Below, in pieces: positions 36,058 through 46,070 of a DNA stretch of 64,000 bases (position 1 is the stretch's first letter; every line of letters begins with the position of its first letter). Below the pieces are notes generated by a model. The model was not told where the DNA came from, searched no databases, and saw only the letters and a list, made by a program, of their open reading frames with translations. This DNA comes from a virus (taxonomy: Duplodnaviria; Caudoviricetes). The position numbers were made by a program, and so were the translations under genes. The stretch spans positions 1 through 64,000 of IMG/VR virus record IMGVR_UViG_3300024255_001563. One strand, written 5' to 3'.

Positions 36058-37236
36058 CTATTTTATAGCATTTACGACTGCGTTTGCTAGATTTACAATC
36101 TTTCTGTCGCCGCCTACTAATTTTCCAATAATTTCGGTTTGTATTGCTTTCTGTGTTGCACTTTCTAATGTGTCATACTGTTGAAAATTTCTACTACTAT
36201 ACGAATCACTAAACGAACCTGTGCCTAAAGTAACTTTAACTAGACTATTTAAAGCAGCAGGATTGTTTAATATTCTATCAGCAAGTACACTAGGATCGTT
36301 ACCTACATCTCTAACAGTATTTGCAATTCTTATAGCAAGATCAACTTCTGGTGCACCTGGAAATTTAAGATTATTTATGCCGCCGGTACTTAATACTGAA
36401 TCAGCTATTATTGCTCCTAATGTAGGAGCACCTGTGCTAGAATTTCTACCTAATAATGGATTAGTAGGATAACCAAAATTATTTGATGTGTGCCTAAAAG
36501 GTCTAGGTTGATCAGCATAAAATTGTTCTAGTTTATCACTAACAGGACTAGGTGTATTATCGTATCCAGTTTCTGGTGCAGTAAATCCTTTTGGCGTGTC
36601 AAAATCATTTACATATCCGCTATCATATAATACCGATTCATACATTACTGTTAATTGATTTTCAGTAATACCTGAGGCGTCACTATAATCCAAATCACTA
36701 TGTTGCCAGTTTTGCACTACTGGATTAATTAATGTATAACTATTCCATTCTTGTTTTGCTAATTGAAAAATTTTAATTTCTTTAAAAAAGGGTGTATTAA
36801 AGTTATTATCTAACCCGTAGCTAGGAACACTGTTTGCAAACTTATCTAGTGGATCATAATCAAATCCAGAATTTTTCTTACCGTCTCTATAATAAAAATT
36901 ATAATATTCTTTTAATAAGTCTTTTGTGTGTCCTGCCATATCGTCGTGAAATGTAAAAGTTACAGGTTCGTAGTCTATTCGTGTTTGAACATTCTTTTTT
37001 CTATTATATTGTTGCACAGTAGAAATCTGTGATGTATATGAAGGTAAGTTTAAACTTTTAACTAATACATTTATTAAATTATTTTTAAAAGAAGAAATAG
37101 GAGACTTAAATCTTGCTTCGGGTGTTAGGTCAAAATAGCAATGATATAGATACTTAACCTTCGGAGAAAAATCAAGCCTCTGTTGTGTATATAAATTATG
37201 GGCATGCTGAGCATCTCGTAAAAGAATTGACGACAC
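36058..37236 (-). CDS. Tail-tube-fold baseplate/tube-initiator protein (gp48/gp54-like)
   Basis: VKSLNLPSY...YNRK...YEPVTFTFHDD is gp19-like; the true start is probably GTG at 37236 after AAGGAG. Confidence 0.7.
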   Translation of the reverse strand: MSSILLRDAQHAHNLYTQQRLDFSPKVKYLYHCYFDLTPEARFKSPISSFKNNLINVLVKSLNLPSYTSQISTVQQYNRKKNVQTRIDYEPVTFTFHDDMAGHTKDLLKEYYNFYYRDGKKNSGFDYDPLDKFANSVPSYGLDNNFNTPFFKEIKIFQLAKQEWNSYTLINPVVQNWQHSDLDYSDASGITENQLTVMYESVLYDSGYVNDFDTPKGFTAPETGYDNTPSPVSDKLEQFYADQPRPFRHTSNNFGYPTNPLLGRNSSTGAPTLGAIIADSVLSTGGINNLKFPGAPEVDLAIRIANTVRDVGNDPSVLADRILNNPAALNSLVKVTLGTGSFSDSYSSRNFQQYDTLESATQKAIQTEIIGKLVGGDRKIVNLANAVVNAIK

Positions 37237-37288
37237 AATGAATCTCCTTATAAAGTATTTATTATAATCAATTATATACGCACATAAA

Positions 37289-37316
37289 AAAATAGAGAGC
37301 AAAAGCTCTCTATTTT
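37289..37316 (-). terminator. Rho-independent terminator after the tail tube gene
   Basis: AAAATAGAGAGC-TTTT-GCTCTCTATTTT perfect inverted repeat with a U run. Confidence 0.85.
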
Positions 37317-37339
37317 ATAGTTATGCCACTATATAATAA

Positions 37340-38017
37340 TTAACCTTGAACTGACTGGTTACCTGTAACTAGTACTCCAGGTCCTGTTGACGTGTCACCA
37401 CTTGGTCTATTAACAGGTTCGCCTACGCCATTATTTCTAGTAGTTCCGTCTGCATCTGTTTGTACTGCATTGTCGTATCTTATACTTAATGTAACAGTAA
37501 CTGGATCAGTCGATGCACTATATGCTAATGAATTATAATTAGCTGATTCTAAATAGCAACCTACTAGATTCCATTGTTCTAATACAGTTGGAGCTGTTGC
37601 GTCTCCGCCGTTGCCGCCGTCTAATATTTGAATTTTTGTTTCAAATTTATAACTTGCTCCAGAAACTGCACTTGCTTGTTCATAAAAGTCAAATTGTTTC
37701 TGTAACTGTTGTCCGGTTACTTTACTTATATTATTATTTACATCGTCACGTAATGTAAGTGTAATCGGATCCCAAGAATGTTTACCTGCAAGGTATGATC
37801 TTGAGTTATACACATCTAGTGTAATTGTTTCGAAATTAACTGTTGGACGAGTAACGTCTACAACCTGTTTTGTTACTTCAGTTAGTAGTCCTCCGTCAAT
37901 ACCAAAATTTTGTAATACAACTCGAAATCTGTATTGCAATTTCGGCATTAACAATGTGCCGTTTCTTTGGCCATCGTCGATCGGAACCGAAATATTTCTT
38001 AATGATGTTAGTGGCAT
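37340..38017 (-). CDS. gp19: Tail tube protein (T4 gp19-like)
   Basis: PKLQYRFRV, RPTVNF, YLAGKHSWDPITLTLRDD, W.L.GC, LSIRYDNA; directly downstream of the sheath. Confidence 0.88.
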   Translation of the reverse strand: MPLTSLRNISVPIDDGQRNGTLLMPKLQYRFRVVLQNFGIDGGLLTEVTKQVVDVTRPTVNFETITLDVYNSRSYLAGKHSWDPITLTLRDDVNNNISKVTGQQLQKQFDFYEQASAVSGASYKFETKIQILDGGNGGDATAPTVLEQWNLVGCYLESANYNSLAYSASTDPVTVTLSIRYDNAVQTDADGTTRNNGVGEPVNRPSGDTSTGPGVLVTGNQSVQG

Positions 38018-38082
38018 ATTTTATCCTCTCTTTGATACATATATTTAGCTCTTTTTAGTAATCAGGCCCTAGGGCCTAATTA

Positions 38083-41000
38083 TCAACCTCCTAATGCAGC
38101 AATTTCGCCTGTGTTTTTAATACGCAACGGAATGTAAATAAATTCAATTGCTTTTACTGGTTCAATTGCTATATCTAACCAAAGCTCGTTACGATCAATT
38201 CTAGCTGGTGTGTTATTTGAATCATCACATACTGTAATGAAATCATACAATGCACGTAAGCTAACTAATTCTAAACAGAATGCATCAGCTGCTGATTTGA
38301 CTTGATCTCTTGTGATTCTGTCATTCGGTTCAAACAAGTAAGGTCTTGCTAATAGTTCAAGCTGTGTTCTCATATAAACAATCAACCTTGCTACATTAAC
38401 TCTATCAAGAGCGCTTGCATTTCTTGCTCTAGTTTTTTGACCAAATACAACTAATCCTGCTCCACTAATAAATGTAATTGGATTAATATTATTTTCGTAT
38501 AATGTATCTCTTTGTCCTGTATTAAGAGAAATACTTACAAACTCTCCTTCAGAATTTACATATCCTGAACTTGTTGCGTTTGTAACTCCGCCACGTCTTG
38601 TACCAGCTGGTGCAAACCATGGATAAGCAACTTGGTCATTTATTATCATTGTGCGTAGAGCCATATGACTTGGTGGAACAGCAATGTTATTACCGTTATT
38701 ATCGCTTGAGAATCCCCATGGATAATACATACCTAAATATTCATCAAAACTCACAGCACCATTATCATTATCTTCTACTGCTGAACGAACATTTGCTGCC
38801 CAGTTATTCAAAGATGTTGCATCTGGTGTTAATCTTGCAGGAGAATCACCTACAACAAATCCTGTTAAGCGTCTGTCGTAATTAAGTGTGATCAATTCTC
38901 CGATTAGTTCCGGATATCCTGGACATGCCATTAAGTTAAATCTTCTTGCTTCTTCGTCACGGATATCTTGATTACTGTTAACATTTGCTTGTAATGACTG
39001 TACAACTGATTTTCGTTGTGCAAGTCTACCAAATGTACCCGAACCGTCTGCATTATTACCACTTAGTGTTACCCAACGGTGTGGATAATATGTATCCATT
39101 GATTGTGCATTACCGTTAGCATCAAACACATCTCCGCTATCAACTGTATATTGCTCGTTATCACCCGATGTATCTATGTAGTTGCGCTCAAAACGCTTAA
39201 CATTAAATCCGCTTCTACGTGTGTTCCATAGTAGCATACCTTTTGGATATAGTGCTGGATCTGGACAATCAGGATCTACATAATTGCTTTCTAGTAGATC
39301 TGTAATTTCTGCTGCATCACTTTCTGATCCTGCTGTGCCCCAACGTGCGTCTGCAAATAGTATACCATTTTCAGTTGTTTGATCTGTTTTATCTAACAAC
39401 ACCCACGAACTTAAAGCTTCGTTATATTTGTATACAGTTCCGTACTCTTCAATGTCGCCAGTTGCAATCCAAATATCGCCATCTTGTAATGGATCTGCTT
39501 GTGAATTTTCAGTAGGTTCACTAGCTGATACTATAGGTCCATTTGGATCTGTATCACCAGTACCATTTCCGTGATCATAATTTAAATACCCTATCCAGTT
39601 TGCACCGTCGTGTATCATCATATCAACTTCGTCTACTACTGAACTGTACCAAACTTCGCCGTCTGCTGTTAAGCTTAATGGTGCATCAACTGCTGGAGTA
39701 TAGTTTAATACTTTCCAGTTTGAAGCTAAAAATACACCAGAAACGCTAACTTCACCTAGTAGTGTCGGTGCGTCTGTAATAATTTGGTTTGGTGCACCAT
39801 ACAAGTTTGATGTAGTTGAAGTGTCTCCTGCAACAAATGCAGCAAATCCTGAAGAAGCTAATGCTCCGTCGATATCGTAAAGATAAAAATCACCGCCTGT
39901 TTTATGTTCAATAGTAATTCTATTTTGACTATCAACACTTGCTACAATATTTGTTAAACCTGCTGCGTTAATTGCGCCTGCAATTGTATCTGCATCACCT
40001 GATGCGCCTGCTGCTGTAAAACTAACAGTTACTGGTGCAGCAAATACATTTGAATTTGTTTTTGTTTCAGCAATTGCAAAGTCATATGCAACTAAATTTG
40101 TTAATCCAGTTGTAATTTTAGGACTTTTAATAGATGTAGTACCGCTAGAATTTCTACGATAAAATTTAAAGTTAACTTTTGGATTAGTATCTTCTTCAAA
40201 ATTTACTTTTGCATAAAGATCGCCCGTTACAAGATTTGACCCACCGCCGGCTCTGTCTAATCCATATAGTGCTGCTGAACTAGTTTGAAAAGCAGGAACA
40301 GTTAATCTTTCCCATAAATTAGTTTCAGCGTTATAATTTTTTATACGTAGATCAATACCGCCATTTGGTTCTGTTGTTTTAAACCAAATTGAACCAGTTG
40401 GTCTTGGGTTAACATCTACTGCTTTAAACGTAGGTACACTTGTATGATCAGCAACAGCAACTTTAGGTGAATAATAAGTGCCTGCTACTAGCCCAAGTTC
40501 TGCATTTGCTGTTCCTGCGCCTATTACTAAGCTTTCGTTTGTTGTATATATTTCTAATGCACTATCTACAACTGCTGCCGACACTCCTGAAATACCTGCA
40601 TCATTAATATCCACTGCTGCTAATGCTGCCGATGCACCACTTAATGTAATTGCTACTGCGCCGTCAATAATAACTGTATTACTAGGTGTAACTGTTGGAT
40701 TTTGCAACGAACCTCTTACTGTATAATGACTAGACTTCCATGCATCTGACCCAACTTCTACCCAAGTTCCGCTATTATTTTTATAGTATGTACTATTCAT
40801 AGTGGTAATGGCTACAATGCAATAATCGCCTATTGCACCTACGCTTGCTTTAGGTGCTCCCGGTGCTGATAAACTTTCGCCTACTGTTCTATCAACATCA
40901 TTTGGAGTTAAAACAATAGGTACTATAGTATTAAAACTTTGTCCGCCGGCTGCATTAATAGCTGCGCCATTCCATTCTTGAATTCCAAAGTCTGTAGATT

Positions 41001-41418
41001 GTACATCAAACCAGTATGAGCCTGCTTCTGGTTCGCCTCCTGGTGCAGTTGCACTTGCTGTTAGTTTTCCTAAATCAAGATCTGCTCTACATACATATAC
41101 ACGATTAGTAACTCCTAATAACGAATATGCAGTTTGTAATCCGTATTCATTTAGTTCTCCTGCATGAATCGGATTATTGTTAGTATCAGTATAAAATGTT
41201 GGAGTACCAAATAATTCAACTAATTCTCTTTGTGAAGTAACTAAGTACGGTGTTCCAGCATTTGCTGCTAGTGTTCCTGCTGCTAGCTCTGAGCCGCTGC
41301 CGTTCAGCTTATTTTCAGCAGAAGCTACAAATATCATAGGTACAGTACCAGCAGCTGCCGGAGTATAAAAACTCTCGTCTATGACTTGTACTTCTACACC
41401 TGGTGATGTTAATGCCAT
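38083..41418 (-). CDS. gp18: Tail sheath protein (T4 gp18-like), extended
   Basis: MALTSPGVEVQVIDES N-terminus; C-terminal PWFAPAG..RG, INPI, GQKT, DRVNVARL, FEPND, KAIEFIYIP. Confidence 0.95.
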   Translation of the reverse strand: MALTSPGVEVQVIDESFYTPAAAGTVPMIFVASAENKLNGSGSELAAGTLAANAGTPYLVTSQRELVELFGTPTFYTDTNNNPIHAGELNEYGLQTAYSLLGVTNRVYVCRADLDLGKLTASATAPGGEPEAGSYWFDVQSTDFGIQEWNGAAINAAGGQSFNTIVPIVLTPNDVDRTVGESLSAPGAPKASVGAIGDYCIVAITTMNSTYYKNNSGTWVEVGSDAWKSSHYTVRGSLQNPTVTPSNTVIIDGAVAITLSGASAALAAVDINDAGISGVSAAVVDSALEIYTTNESLVIGAGTANAELGLVAGTYYSPKVAVADHTSVPTFKAVDVNPRPTGSIWFKTTEPNGGIDLRIKNYNAETNLWERLTVPAFQTSSAALYGLDRAGGGSNLVTGDLYAKVNFEEDTNPKVNFKFYRRNSSGTTSIKSPKITTGLTNLVAYDFAIAETKTNSNVFAAPVTVSFTAAGASGDADTIAGAINAAGLTNIVASVDSQNRITIEHKTGGDFYLYDIDGALASSGFAAFVAGDTSTTSNLYGAPNQIITDAPTLLGEVSVSGVFLASNWKVLNYTPAVDAPLSLTADGEVWYSSVVDEVDMMIHDGANWIGYLNYDHGNGTGDTDPNGPIVSASEPTENSQADPLQDGDIWIATGDIEEYGTVYKYNEALSSWVLLDKTDQTTENGILFADARWGTAGSESDAAEITDLLESNYVDPDCPDPALYPKGMLLWNTRRSGFNVKRFERNYIDTSGDNEQYTVDSGDVFDANGNAQSMDTYYPHRWVTLSGNNADGSGTFGRLAQRKSVVQSLQANVNSNQDIRDEEARRFNLMACPGYPELIGELITLNYDRRLTGFVVGDSPARLTPDATSLNNWAANVRSAVEDNDNGAVSFDEYLGMYYPWGFSSDNNGNNIAVPPSHMALRTMIINDQVAYPWFAPAGTRRGGVTNATSSGYVNSEGEFVSISLNTGQRDTLYENNINPITFISGAGLVVFGQKTRARNASALDRVNVARLIVYMRTQLELLARPYLFEPNDRITRDQVKSAADAFCLELVSLRALYDFITVCDDSNNTPARIDRNELWLDIAIEPVKAIEFIYIPLRIKNTGEIAALGG

Positions 41419-41452
41419 TTTTTCTTTCTCCTATTGGGTAGTGTTCTTAATG

Positions 41453-41523
41453 TATTTAGTAGATTTATTTTAAATCCACCTATTAAACCATACGAAAAAG
41501 GGGCGAAAAAGGTGCGATAAATA
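41453..41523. promoter_or_regulatory. Divergent late-type promoters at the strand switch, with a phased 11-bp repeat
   Basis: CTAAATA on - (41453-41459), ATAAATA on + (41517-41523), CGAAAAAGG(G/T)G x2 between them. Confidence 0.6.
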
Positions 41524-41528
41524 AAGTT

Positions 41529-41867
41529 ATGAGACCATTATGTATTTGTAAGCAAAGACCAGCAGCAATTAATTACCGTAAAGGTAATAAAGTATACTAT
41601 AGAAAAAAATGCGAAATCTGTGTTAAGCATGGAAGTATCGGACACGGTCTTCCAAGGTGGCAAATTGCAGGATATATTAAAAAAGACTATTGTGAAAAGT
41701 GTGGATTTAAATCTAAGTATCAAGAACAATTTGACGTTTTTCATATAGATGGGCGTTTAGAAAATTCTAGACCTAGTAACTTAAAAACTATATGTGCAAA
41801 TTGTCAGCGTATTTTACAAAAAGAAGGATCGTTATGGAAACAAGGCGATCTTACTCCAGATTTTTAG
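41529..41867 (+). CDS. Small HNH endonuclease with Zn fingers
   Basis: CEIC, CEKCGF, DVFHIDG..N..PSNLKTICANCQR. Confidence 0.8.
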   Translation: MRPLCICKQRPAAINYRKGNKVYYRKKCEICVKHGSIGHGLPRWQIAGYIKKDYCEKCGFKSKYQEQFDVFHIDGRLENSRPSNLKTICANCQRILQKEGSLWKQGDLTPDF

Positions 41868-41868
41868 G

Positions 41869-41897
41869 TTGACATTTAATTTACTTTATGTTATTAT
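41869..41897 (+). promoter_or_regulatory. Sigma70-type promoter
   Basis: TTGACA-N17-TATTAT with TG extension; AGGAG RBS before 41932. Confidence 0.7.
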
Positions 41898-41931
41898 TAT
41901 TGTAATGATAAGGCATTAATAGGAGTACGGC

Positions 41932-42207
41932 ATGTCGATTGATTACAAGTTTAATGAAAAAGCACTTATTGAAGAGTTTCAAGCATATATTGATAGTACA
42001 TATCAAGGTCATTATGCTACTAATAAATTTCAATCAACTGAAGTGATTATTGAAAGAGGTCATGGTACTGGATTTTGTATGGGCAACGTTGACAAGTATT
42101 CTAATCGTTACGGCAAAAAAGGTTCTAAGGATGACGCAAGAAAAGACTTAATGAAAGTTTTACATTATGCACTAATACAATTGCATATACATGATAACGA
42201 TCTTTAA
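41932..42207 (+). CDS. DUF3310-like phage protein
   Basis: HY...Q..EVI...G.GFCMGNVDKY..RYGKK...RKDLMKVLHY pattern. Confidence 0.7.
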   Translation: MSIDYKFNEKALIEEFQAYIDSTYQGHYATNKFQSTEVIIERGHGTGFCMGNVDKYSNRYGKKGSKDDARKDLMKVLHYALIQLHIHDNDL

Positions 42208-42959
42208 CCTATTGTAAAGCCATATCCTGTGCCGCCTGCAACAGCTAACGACACTTCTTGTTCTAGCTTATCCATCTCAGTTTGTGCTTCTGCCTTTAAT
42301 GCATCACCGTTTAGTGTTGATCCACCTTGTGGACCTGCAATAGTAGCAAACTTTGAACGTGCTTCGCCTAGCATATATTTACAACTCGCAAGTGTATAAT
42401 CTTTAATCCATTGTACAGCTAGGTAATCTTTTAATAATTCTTCATCTGGACGAAAGTTATATACCATTAATAAAAGATCCTCTTCAGAGCGTGGCCTTTG
42501 TAATATTGTCAATTTCTTTGTAGTCGAATTCCACTGAAATTCTATAAAACTACCAAACATTCTGCCTACTAGTTCTTGATACTGACTAAACATATCATAT
42601 GTTGCTAGTCCGCCCATTTTAGAACCTGATAACAGATAAGTGTTTGTGTAAGCAAGATTAAATGGTTCAAACAGTGTCCCGCCGCCTCCGCCACCGGATC
42701 TTGATCCTATTGATCTACGGAAAATTTGTCTAACTTCCATTACTTCATTAGGTAAAATATATTCGTTTTGATCTATTACTGTTGGCATAAACATATACGA
42801 TTCTTCTACACTATAATCACTGCGCATACGATATCTTGTTAACGCCTTTGTTAACGCTGTTTGATAATGTATCGGGTCTAATTCAACATCGACCATTCCA
42901 CCACCGAGGAATGCGTTTACATAATCAAATATTTCTTGTTTTTGTGTTGCTAGTGTCAT
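42204..42959 (-). CDS. gp13: Neck protein (T4 gp13-like)
   Basis: LGGG.VDVEL...H...A, WIKDY.LA.CK.MLG..RSKF...GP.GG..LNG motifs. Confidence 0.85.
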   Translation of the reverse strand: MTLATQKQEIFDYVNAFLGGGMVDVELDPIHYQTALTKALTRYRMRSDYSVEESYMFMPTVIDQNEYILPNEVMEVRQIFRRSIGSRSGGGGGGTLFEPFNLAYTNTYLLSGSKMGGLATYDMFSQYQELVGRMFGSFIEFQWNSTTKKLTILQRPRSEEDLLLMVYNFRPDEELLKDYLAVQWIKDYTLASCKYMLGEARSKFATIAGPQGGSTLNGDALKAEAQTEMDKLEQEVSLAVAGGTGYGFTIG

Positions 42960-43021
42960 ATGAAGTTCTCCAATAGTATTTATTCGTTACGATAAATATG
43001 TATAACAATAGGAGAACGGCT

Positions 43022-44176
43022 ATCCCTCGCTTATCACTATACAAACCAGAACGTGGCAATGATTATGAATTTCTCGATCGTCAGATTGAAGAAATGTTTC
43101 ATATTGGCGGAACTGATATTAATATACACAAATATTTAGGACCAGTAAATCCTGAAGAAGATGAAGCAACGGCTGCACAACCGCAATACAATGCTTTAAA
43201 TGAAACTAATATACAAGATTTGCTATTTTTAGAAAATAGAGATAGAAAATACGAAAAAGATGTATATAGTCATAGAGCTATATATAATGTTCAAGATATT
43301 GATTTTGATTTAAGTCAGTTTGGATTATTTTTAAGTAATGATACATTATTCATGACTGTGCATATTAGAAGTATTGTAAAAACTTTAGGCAGAAAACCTT
43401 TAAGCGGAGATGTTATAGAATTACCGCATTTAAAAGATGAGTATGCATTAAACGATTATGATGTTGCATTAAAACGCTTTTATGTTATCGAAGATATTAC
43501 TCGAGCTGCTGAAGGATTTTCGCAGACTTGGTATCCACACCTATATAGACTAAAATTAAAACAAATATACGACGGTAGAGAATATGCTGAAATTTTAGAT
43601 TTACCAGTTAGTGAAACAAGCGATACAACACTAAGAGACGTATTATCAACATATGAAAAAGAAATGCAAATTAATAATGCAGTAGTGCAACAAGCAGAAG
43701 CAGACGCACCATTAAGTGGCTATGACACTACGCACTTTTACACTATGGCCTATAACGAAGACGGAACAATTGATCTTGAAACAGCAGATCAAACAGATAT
43801 AGATGCAAGTAATATTACTAACACAACAGACGAAATTTCTGCAAATCCTGAAAGAAGTGCATACAATGGATACTTAGTCGGTAATGATACTCCAAATGGT
43901 GCTCCGTATGGTGCAGGAATACAATTTCCTAGAGTAAATTATGACGGCGACTATTTCTTGCGTACTGATTTTTTACCTAATAGATTATTTAGATATGACG
44001 GAAATAAATGGGTAAAAGTTGAAGATAATGTTAGAATGACATTAACTAATAGTCTTGATCGAATAACACAAAGACATTCATTTGTAAATAACACTAATAG
44101 TAGCGAGATTGCTGGAGAAACTGTCGAAGAAAGACAAAGTATATCTAAAGCACTAAAACCTAGGGCAGATAATTAA
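43022..44176 (+). CDS. gp14: Neck/head-closure protein (T4 gp14-like)
   Basis: YNVQD...LSQFGLF..D.LF..H, GDVIELP, YVIED..R, LKLKQI. The track start is 42998; the probable true start is ATC at 43022 (see findings). Confidence 0.78.
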   Translation: MPRLSLYKPERGNDYEFLDRQIEEMFHIGGTDINIHKYLGPVNPEEDEATAAQPQYNALNETNIQDLLFLENRDRKYEKDVYSHRAIYNVQDIDFDLSQFGLFLSNDTLFMTVHIRSIVKTLGRKPLSGDVIELPHLKDEYALNDYDVALKRFYVIEDITRAAEGFSQTWYPHLYRLKLKQIYDGREYAEILDLPVSETSDTTLRDVLSTYEKEMQINNAVVQQAEADAPLSGYDTTHFYTMAYNEDGTIDLETADQTDIDASNITNTTDEISANPERSAYNGYLVGNDTPNGAPYGAGIQFPRVNYDGDYFLRTDFLPNRLFRYDGNKWVKVEDNVRMTLTNSLDRITQRHSFVNNTNSSEIAGETVEERQSISKALKPRADN

Positions 44177-45600
44177 TGCTATATTTTTATGACGGACAAG
44201 TAAGACGATATATTAGTCAAATTATACGTATGCTAAGTAATTTTTCTGTGCAAGACGGCAAAGGCGGATTAAAAGAAATACCAGTAATGTATGGTGATCT
44301 TACTAGACAAGTAGCTAATATAATTAGAGAAAATAGCGAAAATAAATTGCCTAGTGCGCCACGAATGAGTGTTTATGTTACAGGTTTAGAATTAGAAAGA
44401 GATAGAATACAAGATCCTAGTTTTATTAAAAAAACAAACATTGTAGAACGTGCATATGATAAAGAAAATAATCAATATCTTAACTATCAAGGTAAAAACT
44501 ATACTGTAGAAAAACTTATGCCTATGCCTTATTTGCTGCGAGTTAATGCAGATATCTGGGCAAGTAGTACAGATCAAAAATTACAAATATTAGAACAAAT
44601 TTTAGTATTTTTTACACCGAGTCTCGAAATACAGACTACTGACAATTATATCGACTGGACAAGTTTAACTGTTATAAATCTTGATAATATACAATGGACA
44701 AATAGAAGCATTCCAGTAGGTGTAGATAGTGAAATTGATGTAGCAACACTTACATTTACAACTCCGATTTATATTAGCACTCCGGCTAAAGTAAAACGTC
44801 TAGGTGCTATAACTAATATTATTACAAGTATGTTTGACGAAACTCAGGGTACTATTGATTTAGGAAATGATCAAGCATCTTTAAACAGATGGGACGATGT
44901 TGCAACATCGGGTAGATTCACAGGCGAGTTTGGTGAAACAGCCGAAACACAAATTGCAAAACATTCAGCTGATGTTAATGATGGACAATACGGTGTATAT
45001 ATAAGAGGAAATCAAGCACAGTTATACGGTAGAGGTTCTATCGGTACAACAAGTTGGCGTTCAGTAACAGAAAATTTACCAGGAACTTATACCGGGGGCG
45101 TTAGTAGAATATTCCTAACAAGTTTAGACACTGATGCAGTTCTTACTGGAACAATTGCATTAAATGAATTAGATGAAACAATACTAATAGTAAACTGGGA
45201 TGTTGACAGTTTTCCTGACGATGACATTATTTCCAGTGACATCGGCGATCGTACTAGTATAGATTATATAATTGATCCACGTAGACGTAATCCTTCTGAT
45301 ATTAAAACTCCAGGTACTAGGATACTACTTTTAGATGATATCGGTGGAGAAGATGCACTAGAATCAGCAATAGCGTGGAAAAATGTAGACAATAGTCAAT
45401 TAGTAGCAAGTGCTAATGATATAATAGAATGGACTGGTACAAAATGGAATATAATTTTTGATGCTAGTGAAACAGATGAAATAACTTATATTACTAATTT
45501 AAATACAGGAATACAATACAGGTTTAGCAATGGTGAATGGCTAATAAGTGTTGAAGGCGATTATCCAGTTGGCACCTGGCGTCTTGACCTTTATGGCTAA
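44176..45600 (+). CDS. gp15: Tail terminator/completion protein (T4 gp15-like)
   Basis: YFYDGQVRRY, IPVMYG, PRMS, PYLL, QILEQIL.FF.P, VGVDSE...ATLTF motifs. Confidence 0.85.
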   Translation: MLYFYDGQVRRYISQIIRMLSNFSVQDGKGGLKEIPVMYGDLTRQVANIIRENSENKLPSAPRMSVYVTGLELERDRIQDPSFIKKTNIVERAYDKENNQYLNYQGKNYTVEKLMPMPYLLRVNADIWASSTDQKLQILEQILVFFTPSLEIQTTDNYIDWTSLTVINLDNIQWTNRSIPVGVDSEIDVATLTFTTPIYISTPAKVKRLGAITNIITSMFDETQGTIDLGNDQASLNRWDDVATSGRFTGEFGETAETQIAKHSADVNDGQYGVYIRGNQAQLYGRGSIGTTSWRSVTENLPGTYTGGVSRIFLTSLDTDAVLTGTIALNELDETILIVNWDVDSFPDDDIISSDIGDRTSIDYIIDPRRRNPSDIKTPGTRILLLDDIGGEDALESAIAWKNVDNSQLVASANDIIEWTGTKWNIIFDASETDEITYITNLNTGIQYRFSNGEWLISVEGDYPVGTWRLDLYG

Positions 45601-45608
45601 TTATTATT

Positions 45609-46070
45609 ATGAAACAAATAATCTGTAGCGGTGCTTTATTCTACTCTCTTGACACTCGAAGATTTCTTTTTTTACACAGAAATAATGGTAAAAGAAAAAA
45701 TCTATGGGGATTAGTCGGAGGTACTAATGAAGGTAAGGAAACACCTTGGGAAGGACTTCGTAGAGAAGTTGAAGAGGAAATAGGGTTTCTGCCAGAAATA
45801 GTAAAAACTATGCCATTAGAAACTTTTATATCTAATGATGAACTATTTCATTATCATACATATATTTGTATAGTTCAAGACGAATTTATTCCAAAACTAA
45901 ATTTTGAACATGATGGATATGCTTGGGTTAGTTTTACAAAGTGGCCCAAACCATTACACGACGGTGTAAGAAATACACTAAACAATAGAGTTAATCAAAA
46001 AAAATTACAGACAGTATTTGAAGTGTTAGATTTATTATTAGAGAAAAGCAATGGAACCAAAACAATTTAG
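45609..46070 (+). CDS. NUDIX hydrolase
   Basis: Nudix box GG.NEGKETPWEGLRREVEEEIG; EHDGYAW. Confidence 0.88.
   Translation: MKQIICSGALFYSLDTRRFLFLHRNNGKRKNLWGLVGGTNEGKETPWEGLRREVEEEIGFLPEIVKTMPLETFISNDELFHYHTYICIVQDEFIPKLNFEHDGYAWVSFTKWPKPLHDGVRNTLNNRVNQKKLQTVFEVLDLLLEKSNGTKTI

Noticed and set aside
38064-38077. Perfect 14-bp palindrome AGGCCCTAGGGCCT between sheath and tube genes
   Set aside because: It can fold as a short hairpin, but there is no U-tract and only one copy; probably an mRNA-stabilising or processing stem, too weak to call.
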